From: Akkermansiaceae bacterium
GTDB lineage: Bacteria; Verrucomicrobiota; Verrucomicrobiia; Verrucomicrobiales; Akkermansiaceae
Direction of reading: 5' to 3'
Assembly (NCBI GenBank): GCA_031374665.1
Contig: JANMGO010000038.1
Location: 330-64,329, forward strand
Length of the DNA: 64,000 bases
Positions 9,783 to 18,802 of this stretch are shown here, piece by piece. Each line of letters begins with the position of its first letter. Positions within the stretch are counted from its first letter, which is position 1. The position numbers and the translations under genes are program-made. The notes below the pieces were generated by a model. The model saw only the letters and a program-made list of their open reading frames with translations. It had not been told where the DNA came from and ran no database searches.

Positions 9783-12700
9783 ATGAAATCCATATCCCAT
9801 CCTATCATCTCACAATTCACTAACCAACATTGGCACTCCAGAGTCATTTTCGGAGCGCTCGCGTATGGCTTGATGAACTTTACTACTCTATCCGCCAAGG
9901 CTCCGGACTTGACCGCGGGTGAGCCCGCCCCCTTCGGTGATGTATGGTTCAACCTTGGCCCGACCGGTGTGCAGGCATGGGTGTATCGGGGTGAGGATAA
10001 AGATCCTAACAACGCCAAGCGCAAAATGCGGCCAACGGTGGAGACATCCGAATCCCGCCAGATTCTTATCCAAACCATCGAGAAGGGCTCTCCCGCTGAT
10101 GGCATTCTCAATGTGGGTGACGTAATCCTCGGCGCCAATGGCACGGGCGTAAAACCCACGCTATTCTCTGCTGATGCTCGGATCGCATTTGGCCAAGCCA
10201 TCGTTGATGCCGAGGCGTGCAATCCGGGATTATTAAAAATGATTGTTTGGAGAGCAGGTAAAACGAGTGAACTGACGATCACTTTACGGACGATGGGAGC
10301 ATACAGTGCCACAGCTCCCTACAATTGTCCTAAATCCGCGAAAATTCTCGAGGAGAGCCTGGACTACATCATGACCCACGAGAGTGAGGGATTTGCCGGG
10401 ATGTCGACCTTGGCGCTGTTAGCGGGAAATGATCCAAGCAATCCTAAGAACGAAGCTCGTCAGAAGAAAGCTCAAGAGTATGCCCACACTCAGATATTCA
10501 ATCAAAACACGATCGATTTCATCAAGCTTGGCAATGTGGAAGCGGGTGCCAATGTCGCATGGAACCGCGGGTTACGGCTGATTGTCTTATCCGAGTATTA
10601 TCTCAAAACGAAGGATCCACAAGTTCTGCCCACTTTAGAAGCTGTCGCGCTTTCCATCGCCCGCGGTCAGGGTGCCAACGGCGCAGTGGGCCATAAATTC
10701 AACATCAGTCTAAGGGATGGCGTTTACAACGAGCCATTCACGATTGGTTACACCATGAATGCCTCAACCTTGCCGACTGCGTTGGGTTTGGTGCTAGCTC
10801 GGAAATGTGGATTAAGCCTTCCCGAACTTGAGCCTGCCATCGAGCGTGTGGTGCGCACGCTTTCCGCGTCATCCGGCATGGGCACCTTTCACTACTATGT
10901 GGAAGGCGCGGCTCTGGAGAGCGCCAATGAGGACAATGGCAAAAGCGGCCTAGGCGCGCTTTGTTTCGCCATGCAGGATGATCGAACGCAAGAGACTCGG
11001 TTTTTCTCAAAGCTTTGTACAGGCGCGACAATCGACCGCGGCCACGGCCACATCATCAATTATTTCGGCTACATCTGGACGCCACTGGGCGCCAATATCG
11101 GAGGCGAACATGCTGCTGCCGCTTATTTCAATCAGATCAAGCCAGAGATGGATCTCTGCCGCCACTGGGATGGCGGCTTTGAGTATGAACGTTCTAACAA
11201 TGCGAGCAAAGAGCCCACCATGGCCTGCAGTAACATGTGGATGTCAACCGCAGCTATCCTCACCTACGCGGCACCACTGAAACAAATCGAGATCACAGGT
11301 CGGACTTTTTCCAAAAGGCCCGAACTTGTTTTGAACCATAAAGAAGTTGCGGAAGCATTGTTGTCGGACCGTTATGACGCTAAGCAACGCACGACCAAAG
11401 AGCTAATCGATGATCTCAAATCAGACATCCCTAGGCTATCATCAAAATCTGCCATCGAACTCGCTGCTCGCCCCGAAGAATCGAGCAAACTAGCTCCTGA
11501 TCTGATTGAATATTTAAGCCAATCCGAGCCAGCGGAAACGATGGGTATTTGCCGATTTCTCGGTGAAACAAAGGCCGTGGAGGGCATTCCTTCGCTGATT
11601 GGTCTGCTCTCACACAAGGATAAGACGATCCGATACCTGTCAGCGGAAGCTCTAACAAAATATCCCCCAGAAACGCTAACTGCGCACTTGAATACTCTCT
11701 TGAAGATTGTGGCTGCCAATGCGCGTCCAGCCTTTCCGCTGGATCGGGATGACCCCCAGCAGCTTGCCAACCTGATGCTCAACAAAGTGGTGATTGGCAA
11801 TTGGGGAACCTCAGGGCTAATCAACTTGAATATCACTGATGTGGACAGAAATTTGCTCTATCCGGCATTGCGCGCATGGGCAACTCACCCTCATGCGGAG
11901 GCTCGAAATCGAGTAGCACTTGTTTTAAAGAAATTGACTCCTGCGGATGTCATCGCTCTTAGCGATACACTCATCGATTGCGCTGGCGAAACGAGCATCA
12001 CGGGCGGGACGTCAGTGCCGGGTGACACAGCAATTGAATTACTTCTTCGCGAAGGACTGGCCGAAGGTGTGGCGCTAACCAAAACCCAAATGATTAACCT
12101 GAGGTTCAAAAGAATGGATAACACGCTTAAGCTGTTAGAAAAATATGGTGCTTCGGTCGCTACTGTTAAGCCAGATCCAAAAATCGCCGAATTCCTACAA
12201 GACATGCTGGTAGGGAGTTACAACGGCCAAGTTGGCGAACCATACAAAGAACAGATTGCACGGATCCAAAAATCATTGATTACCACAGCCAATCCGCCGG
12301 GCCTCAAGACTCTCAAAGAGTTGGTTTCCATCAATGCTTCCCCACCCGTCATCAAGTCACCAGCAAAACAAACCCAGCTAAAAGCAACCGTCACTGATCT
12401 TGCATCTGGGAAAACGACTTATACTTGGCGAAAAGTGCACGGCCCGGGTGAAGTGACTTACAGCGTCAATGGCAACAGCGAGAGCGGATCAACGACGGTG
12501 AACTTTGATGGAACTCCTGGGCGCTATCTCTTTGAAGTCATAGCGGGGGATTCCAGAAATTTAACTCAGGTCACTGGGACAGTGGCTGTGGAGTTGAGAG
12601 ATGCCACTGGTGCATTACCACCCAACAAACCTCCAATCGTCAGCGCGCAATCGGTAATAGCCGCACAAGCAATTCCAACACCAGTGATTCTAACTGCTAA

Positions 12701-13619
12701 AGATCCTGAAGGTTATGCTCTAGTCTATGAGATCTCCTCTCCACCAGCTAATGGCAAACTTTCTGGCTCCGCTCCGAATTTGACATACTTGTCCGGATTA
12801 CAATTCACAGGTTTAGATAGTTTCTCATACCGTGTGATGGATAGCGATGGCCAGTGGTCAGCTCCAACACCCGTAAATATTACGGTCAAAACGCGCGTCA
12901 CTCCAGTGGGTTTAGCTGTGTATGAAACCTTCGACTATAAAGAGGGCATGCTGAGGGGTGCAACGGGCAGCTCGGAAATTGGCTTCGCTGGCCCTTGGGA
13001 AGCGCATAAGACAAACATAGTTATTCCTAACAGCCTTTCATATGGCGGCATGCCCACAAAAGGAAAGGCAATGAAAACAGGCAAAGGCGCGACGCGTCCC
13101 TTGGATCCTTTGGCATTGGCAGCAAATGGATTATTGAAAGACGACGCCGAACTATGGCTCTGCTTCCAGGTTCAATACCCTAATGATGGTGAGAGAAAAA
13201 GCCTAGATGTGGTGTTAGCTAACAACAGCCGTGATGAAATCACGGGCTTGATCAAAAATGACAGTGCCCAGTTAGGTCAGGGCGTTGGCGTGAATATCGG
13301 CATGGGAACTAAAGCGACTTTATATGAAAGTGTGGCACCTGCAGAAAATGAATTTGGCAATGGAAACGGTCTCAAACAAGGTGAGACTGGCATCATCGTC
13401 GCTAAGATGAAGTGGGGTGAAGATCTCGATATTGTGGAAGTCTATATTCCCCAAGCCGATATGACTTTGACCAAACCCATATCAACATTGCATACGAAAG
13501 TGGAACAATCCACCTTCGATACCATGATCATTGGTGGTTCGGTCTTACTCGATGAGATCCGCATGGGACCCACACTGGAAAGCGTATTGCTGGGCACTGT
13601 GCCAATGACCCAGAAATGA
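9783..13619 (+). CDS. Secreted PDZ / alpha-alpha-toroid-like / HEAT-repeat protein, paralogue 3, with Ig/cadherin-like repeats and a C-terminal LamG/ConA-like module; function unknown
   Basis: 1278-aa ORF. It has a PDZ-like unit (IEKGSPADGILNVGDVILGANG) and the shared motifs TMGAYSATAPYNCPKSA, SEYYLKTKD, LVLARKCGL, EDNGKSG, GHGHI and WDGGFEYE. HEAT-like repeats follow (DKTIRYLSAEAL, AEARNRVALVL). Two Ig-like units follow (TYTWRKVHGPGEVTY...; NKPPIVSAQ...DPEGYALVYEISSPPANGKLSG...DSFSYRVMDSDG). The terminal ~230 aa begin YETFDYKEG...GFAGPWEA. Confidence 0.8.
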   Translation: MKSISHPIISQFTNQHWHSRVIFGALAYGLMNFTTLSAKAPDLTAGEPAPFGDVWFNLGPTGVQAWVYRGEDKDPNNAKRKMRPTVETSESRQILIQTIEKGSPADGILNVGDVILGANGTGVKPTLFSADARIAFGQAIVDAEACNPGLLKMIVWRAGKTSELTITLRTMGAYSATAPYNCPKSAKILEESLDYIMTHESEGFAGMSTLALLAGNDPSNPKNEARQKKAQEYAHTQIFNQNTIDFIKLGNVEAGANVAWNRGLRLIVLSEYYLKTKDPQVLPTLEAVALSIARGQGANGAVGHKFNISLRDGVYNEPFTIGYTMNASTLPTALGLVLARKCGLSLPELEPAIERVVRTLSASSGMGTFHYYVEGAALESANEDNGKSGLGALCFAMQDDRTQETRFFSKLCTGATIDRGHGHIINYFGYIWTPLGANIGGEHAAAAYFNQIKPEMDLCRHWDGGFEYERSNNASKEPTMACSNMWMSTAAILTYAAPLKQIEITGRTFSKRPELVLNHKEVAEALLSDRYDAKQRTTKELIDDLKSDIPRLSSKSAIELAARPEESSKLAPDLIEYLSQSEPAETMGICRFLGETKAVEGIPSLIGLLSHKDKTIRYLSAEALTKYPPETLTAHLNTLLKIVAANARPAFPLDRDDPQQLANLMLNKVVIGNWGTSGLINLNITDVDRNLLYPALRAWATHPHAEARNRVALVLKKLTPADVIALSDTLIDCAGETSITGGTSVPGDTAIELLLREGLAEGVALTKTQMINLRFKRMDNTLKLLEKYGASVATVKPDPKIAEFLQDMLVGSYNGQVGEPYKEQIARIQKSLITTANPPGLKTLKELVSINASPPVIKSPAKQTQLKATVTDLASGKTTYTWRKVHGPGEVTYSVNGNSESGSTTVNFDGTPGRYLFEVIAGDSRNLTQVTGTVAVELRDATGALPPNKPPIVSAQSVIAAQAIPTPVILTAKDPEGYALVYEISSPPANGKLSGSAPNLTYLSGLQFTGLDSFSYRVMDSDGQWSAPTPVNITVKTRVTPVGLAVYETFDYKEGMLRGATGSSEIGFAGPWEAHKTNIVIPNSLSYGGMPTKGKAMKTGKGATRPLDPLALAANGLLKDDAELWLCFQVQYPNDGERKSLDVVLANNSRDEITGLIKNDSAQLGQGVGVNIGMGTKATLYESVAPAENEFGNGNGLKQGETGIIVAKMKWGEDLDIVEVYIPQADMTLTKPISTLHTKVEQSTFDTMIIGGSVLLDEIRMGPTLESVLLGTVPMTQK

Positions 13620-13876
13620 ATACGATCGCGCGACTCGGACAAAGACAGCTCTCGTCCGAGCTCGGAAACCAGCATCCCAGAATGGGCACATCACCTTGGG
13701 ATGGCGCCAGACGGGGTGCCCAGGTCATCCAATGCCGGTGCGAAACTTTATTCATTTCAGGATAGTAGTGCCGGAGCTTCGTAAGTTTTCCCTCTTGAAA
13801 TGTGCGGCTGCTCGATTAGAAATGTAATTACAAAAGCAGTATATTCCATTTCAGTTCCCCCAGAACCAAGTATCAG

Positions 13877-16800
13877 ATGAAGCAAAACAAAAAAACCCAA
13901 AACGGTTTCGCTCTGATCGCCACGATCTTATTGATGGTCCTTTTGGCGATCATTACAGTAGGCATGCTGAGCCTATCTGTCGTCACTCTTCGCACGGCTA
14001 ATCAAGATTCTGCTCAAGCTAGCGCTCGCGCCAATGCCCGCATGGCTTTGATGATCGCGATTGGTGAGCTCCAAAAACAAATGGGGCCAGATCAACGGAT
14101 TTCAGCAAATAGCGCTATCCTTGATGCGTCCACAGTGCAGCACTCGCACTGGCTTGGAGTTTGGAATTCATGGAAAGCTGGAGTGGGTGAATCCAGCCAA
14201 CATAGCACGATTCAGGGTGTCACAGACAATATGGCTCCGTCCTACCTGCCGAACCGCTCGGACTACTTTCGCAAATGGCTCGTTTCTCTCAACGAGAATG
14301 AAATGGCTAATATCTCCTCTCCAAAAACTTTATCGCTAAGCGCATCGCACATGCCGGGCCCTAGTGAAGATGCCATTTTCCTCGTGGCCGATGGCTCACT
14401 TGGCGAGGGAGACGAAAAGAAACCAGACTATGTCGCCGCGCGCATTTTAGAGGTTAAGGATAAGGGCACCTCTGAAGTCATCGGCCGCTACAGCTGGTGG
14501 ATCGGTGATGAAAGTCAGAAGGCACGCATCATGGATGATTCTTTCCTGCCCCCGCCTGCTCCCGCCACCGCTCCTACACTGACATCCGCAGATAAAATCT
14601 ATCGCTCGCAAGCTCCCGCCTCCATGGGAACTAATACAATCAGCGGCCTAAAAGATGTCACCGTTGACTCCCAGTTCGCCGCACTCCCGTCCCTTGCGAC
14701 ACTCGATCTCGTCACCGGCGCCAAAGATCGCCCGGCACAGCAGAATTTTTACGATGCCACTCCTTTCTCTTTCAGCATTCTAACAGATGTTCGCGAAGGC
14801 GGAATGAAGCGGGATTTATCAACGATTCTCGAACAACCGATAAGCCGGACGAATTCGGGAAATGAATACATGCTCTATACATTTGATGACCCTCGCTGGC
14901 CAAACGACCGAAGCCACTCGCGTGTCCCCATCCAAGATCTCGCCGCATACTACCAGCTTTATAATGACATCAAACCCACTGAAACCGGCTATGATGTCAA
15001 TGGTCGCGAAGGTGTCCGCTATACATCCACTCAGCTAGCCGGCGCCATCCAGGTGAATGTGCCGGATTTTGACGGTGGTGCGAAAGTCCGGCAGCGAAGC
15101 CTGCGAGAATACACCACGCTCTACAAGCAGCCGGTCGTTACGAAATTCCAGTATCTGTTAGCCCTAGGGGCTCAACCAATCACTCAATTGGATCGTGATA
15201 ACATCACAGGCCAAAATAATGGCACAGTACCTGCGCCATCAGGCCCTGGTACCCAAGCCCTCGTACCTGTTCCAGACACAGATACCCATAGACTACGCAT
15301 TGGCGTGATGCCCGTGGTGACCCTATGGAATCCAAGTAATATGCCGATGGTTATGGATCGAGCTCAGGTTTTTCGCGTGAGCAACGCCCCGCCGATCAAG
15401 CTTCAGTGGAGGAAATACCGTACTACTCCAAGCACCGCGGCTTGGCGCAATGGAAGTGGAACCTCCACTGCACCGACCCCCCCAAATACTTATGTATCTG
15501 CTTGGTTCAGTCCGGGTTTTTTACACAATGCAGGTATCCAGGCCTTTGGCTTTGGCGGAGGATTTGCTTTCGTCGAGATGGTTATCGCTGGCACCACAAC
15601 TGTCCCAAAACCTGTAGTCTTCCAACCTGGCGAGGTGAAAACCTTCAGCCTTGTACCTACGTTTGGAGCTAAATTGAATGGGACTGGAAATGTCAACGGC
15701 ATTATGGCAGAAAATGCTATCAGAGACACCGTAGAGGGTTACGATCCATATGGCTTTTTCATCGCGGGGCATTCTGCTCCCTATGGCGGCTCTGGCGCCT
15801 GTCCTGATATCTTCTTTTTTACAAATGGACCCCAGAAAGGAGCAACTTTGGTTTTCAATAAAGATGACAAATTTTCCCTGTTTGTTGACAAAGAAGCAGA
15901 CGTTGGTGGTTGGGCAAGTGGGGAGAGGGTCAGCCCAGGCGGTTATGTTAGAGGGTCAGGCTTCGCCCTTACCATGGTTGACCCAGGATTCAGAGCCAAT
16001 GTGAATGATTATTTATGGTGGCTCGATCACTACTCGATGCTCAGCCGTCATGGCGGTACTAATACAGCCGCAATTGCTTTCAATAATGGTCTCATTGCAC
16101 CAGGTTTTCCCGGAGGAACGACGCCCATTGCATATGACGTTGCCACCAATGCCATCTCTGGCTCTCAAATCATCGGCGCGAGCGAGGACACCCCTCCCCA
16201 GGTCAGAGGTCTGATGGAATTTTCACTCAGCCTAGGCTGCGAGGCTGGCTCCCTCTCTGCGGGTGGTTATGGCGGTGGGCGCCGCATCGCCAGCCGCCCG
16301 TTTCTTCACTCTGGATTGGGTGCCCCCCCTTTTATCGACCAGTTTAATAAGGCGTCCCTTTACAACTACGGCTGGGATTGGCAACTGAGCAAAGTCAATG
16401 ATATCGAAGACTCCATCATTCAAGCGGAACCAGTCACTGGCAATGGTTTCTTCGGTGGCGGATACACCATCGAAGCCGGAACCACACGAGTTGTGCAACA
16501 AGAAATCCCAGTTCTTCCGGCGATTTCCATTGCAGCACTCAGCCCCGCACGCCTCGGAGGATTCAGCCTCGGCAATTCCAACAACGTGGGTGACGATCCC
16601 TTGATGACTACGCTTTTTGTCAAAGGCTGGCGGGTAAATAGTCCCATAGGGAACGACTACCAGAAGACCACAGCGACTGGACATGGAGGGCTGGCACCAA
16701 ACGTATTGCAATCGGTTGGAAATTCTTACGCGCACCCGAATATCCCTGCAAACTTGGCATTCACCACATGGACTCGCCGTTTTGATGGGGATGTAGGCGA

Positions 16801-17974
16801 GGGTGACAAAATTGTGCCTTTCGTGGACCATTCCTACCTTGCCAACAAAGCGCTGTGGGATGAGTTCTACTTTTCCTCCATTGCTCCCCAGCTCAGTGTT
16901 ATTCCACTATATCGTAAAAACCCAAACATAGTAGTCTCAACCAAAACAGCCAAAGATGTAGCTTTTGACTTTTTCCAATTGAGCGGCACCTCACCTTCAA
17001 CTCCATTGCCGAACCGACGCATTGTACCTTACAAGACGAATCTCGACCAAGCCAAACTGGACACGCTTTTCACAGAGGCAAGTGTCTATACCAATGGCTT
17101 AGCCGACAAGATCGCCGCTCGCCTGATGGTCGAAGGCGGATTTAATATCAATTGCACTTCCGTGAATGCATGGAAAATCTTCCTATCAAGCCTCAAGGGA
17201 AAACCCGTGGCATATCTTGATGGGGGCACTGTTCCAAAAGAAGTGACACCCGCCGGCACAACGATCAGTCCTGGCATCTTGCCGAATGGAGTGCCCGTGA
17301 AATCAGCCGACATCACCGACATTAATGAACCGAAAGAACAATGGACATCAGGCAGGGAACTCAGCGATGACGAAATCAACGAGCTTTCAATAGCCATGGT
17401 CAAGCAGGTCAAATTGCGCGGTCCTTTTCTTTCGATGTCGGAATTCGTCAACCGCAGGCTTGAAGGGAATACGGGGGCTGCCGCCGCAGAGCGTTCCGTG
17501 AAAGGCGCCCTGCAAGCGGCGCTGGATGACCCAACGGTATCGATCAATGCCAAATTCCGTACTCCTAGTCGGATTCTTGATGCGGAAGTTGATGGTACGA
17601 CAGTGGATGGCGATCCCAGTTTGCCCGGAATGAATCCCATTCCCTTTGCATTCCCTGATGCGGCGAAAGGCCCGGTTGCCTACGGCAGCATGGCCTATGT
17701 CGACCAAGCGGATGTCTTACGCGGCTTCGCCGAACAACTCACCCCACGCGGCGATACTTTCGTCATCCGCACCTATGGTGATTCTCTCGATGCCTCGGGA
17801 AAAGTGGTGGCTCGCGCCTGGTGCGAAGCGGTGGTACAACGCGTGCCGGAATATGTGGACAGCTTGGATGAGTCGCATGTCAAATCCGCGAATCTAGCTT
17901 CTAACAGAAACAAAATCTTCGGCCGTAAAATTCAAATCATCAGTTTCCGCTGGATCAATCCTTCCGAGATTTGA
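13877..17974 (+). CDS. Giant (1365 aa) pseudopilin-like protein with a GspK/PilX-type N-terminus; probably 'Verru_Chthon cassette protein A'-like
   Basis: The N-terminus MKQNKKTQNGFALIATILLMVLLAIITVGMLSL fits a prepilin-type leader plus hydrophobic helix (G|F-A-L-I). It has Ala instead of Glu at +5, as in GspK-type minor pseudopilins. The protein is long, Gly/Pro/Thr-rich and beta-rich. The C-terminal GDTFVIRTYGDSLDASGKVVARAWCEAVVQRVPEYVD resembles ends of Verrucomicrobial cassette-A proteins as I remember them. The family name was not verified. Confidence 0.65.
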   Translation: MKQNKKTQNGFALIATILLMVLLAIITVGMLSLSVVTLRTANQDSAQASARANARMALMIAIGELQKQMGPDQRISANSAILDASTVQHSHWLGVWNSWKAGVGESSQHSTIQGVTDNMAPSYLPNRSDYFRKWLVSLNENEMANISSPKTLSLSASHMPGPSEDAIFLVADGSLGEGDEKKPDYVAARILEVKDKGTSEVIGRYSWWIGDESQKARIMDDSFLPPPAPATAPTLTSADKIYRSQAPASMGTNTISGLKDVTVDSQFAALPSLATLDLVTGAKDRPAQQNFYDATPFSFSILTDVREGGMKRDLSTILEQPISRTNSGNEYMLYTFDDPRWPNDRSHSRVPIQDLAAYYQLYNDIKPTETGYDVNGREGVRYTSTQLAGAIQVNVPDFDGGAKVRQRSLREYTTLYKQPVVTKFQYLLALGAQPITQLDRDNITGQNNGTVPAPSGPGTQALVPVPDTDTHRLRIGVMPVVTLWNPSNMPMVMDRAQVFRVSNAPPIKLQWRKYRTTPSTAAWRNGSGTSTAPTPPNTYVSAWFSPGFLHNAGIQAFGFGGGFAFVEMVIAGTTTVPKPVVFQPGEVKTFSLVPTFGAKLNGTGNVNGIMAENAIRDTVEGYDPYGFFIAGHSAPYGGSGACPDIFFFTNGPQKGATLVFNKDDKFSLFVDKEADVGGWASGERVSPGGYVRGSGFALTMVDPGFRANVNDYLWWLDHYSMLSRHGGTNTAAIAFNNGLIAPGFPGGTTPIAYDVATNAISGSQIIGASEDTPPQVRGLMEFSLSLGCEAGSLSAGGYGGGRRIASRPFLHSGLGAPPFIDQFNKASLYNYGWDWQLSKVNDIEDSIIQAEPVTGNGFFGGGYTIEAGTTRVVQQEIPVLPAISIAALSPARLGGFSLGNSNNVGDDPLMTTLFVKGWRVNSPIGNDYQKTTATGHGGLAPNVLQSVGNSYAHPNIPANLAFTTWTRRFDGDVGEGDKIVPFVDHSYLANKALWDEFYFSSIAPQLSVIPLYRKNPNIVVSTKTAKDVAFDFFQLSGTSPSTPLPNRRIVPYKTNLDQAKLDTLFTEASVYTNGLADKIAARLMVEGGFNINCTSVNAWKIFLSSLKGKPVAYLDGGTVPKEVTPAGTTISPGILPNGVPVKSADITDINEPKEQWTSGRELSDDEINELSIAMVKQVKLRGPFLSMSEFVNRRLEGNTGAAAAERSVKGALQAALDDPTVSINAKFRTPSRILDAEVDGTTVDGDPSLPGMNPIPFAFPDAAKGPVAYGSMAYVDQADVLRGFAEQLTPRGDTFVIRTYGDSLDASGKVVARAWCEAVVQRVPEYVDSLDESHVKSANLASNRNKIFGRKIQIISFRWINPSEI

Positions 17975-18007
17975 TAATCTCATCGATCCCGCTCAAATTA
18001 CCGACCT

Positions 18008-18712
18008 ATGAAATTTTTCATCATGCAAATAACACGCACGCTTTCTTTGATAGTATGTTTGATCATACCATTGATTGCAAATGCTCAAGGACAGCAGATA
18101 TCCCTCCAGTTTGTCGCATTTCCCATAACAGCCGATCCGAAGCCGATCGAGCTGATTACTGGCGAGGGTAAAACCATCGAGGTTGAACTTCCGAGCAACA
18201 GCCTATCGAACGCTTATAAAGTACCAAAGCTCCAAAACTGGATATTGGGCAAGACCGTCAGTGGGAAAGATGAAAAGCCATCGTTCACAATCTATGGACA
18301 GATCAAGGCTGGATCCGCCGAAAATCAGCTTGTTATGGTGATACGGAAGGGTGATACGGATGAGGCTGGGTATGATCTCGTTTGCTTTGATAATAATCCG
18401 GGTGGTTTTTCGGGAGGAAAATATATTTTCCTCAACAGCTCCAAAGTCGATGTGGCGGGAGAAGTGGGAGATTTGAAATTCGCCCTAAAGCCCAACACGC
18501 ACACGTTGCTTGCGCCTAAGCCATCAGAGGAGAAAGACGATCGTAAATATCTCTTCATCACTCTCTACTTTCGCAAGGGTGAGAATGCCAAACCGTTTTA
18601 TACCAACACATGGAGGTTCAGTGATAAAGCCAGAACTATGGTTGTATTTTACCATGATCCTCACAATCAGCGTCTCCGCACTCATACGATACGTGATTAT
18701 CCATCAGAATAA
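18008..18712 (+). CDS. Hypothetical secreted protein (234 aa)
   Basis: ATG start and a signal-peptide-like N-terminus (TRTLSLIVCLIIPLIANAQG). The composition is beta-rich and I recognise no motif. It is co-directional and tightly spaced with its neighbours. Confidence 0.55.
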   Translation: MKFFIMQITRTLSLIVCLIIPLIANAQGQQISLQFVAFPITADPKPIELITGEGKTIEVELPSNSLSNAYKVPKLQNWILGKTVSGKDEKPSFTIYGQIKAGSAENQLVMVIRKGDTDEAGYDLVCFDNNPGGFSGGKYIFLNSSKVDVAGEVGDLKFALKPNTHTLLAPKPSEEKDDRKYLFITLYFRKGENAKPFYTNTWRFSDKARTMVVFYHDPHNQRLRTHTIRDYPSE

Positions 18713-18802
18713 AAAATCTCAATCTCATTTCGAAAGAAATGCATATCTAACAATAACAACCAAAAAGTAATTAGCTCGATCCAACTTTAAATCCCAATAA
18801 CC

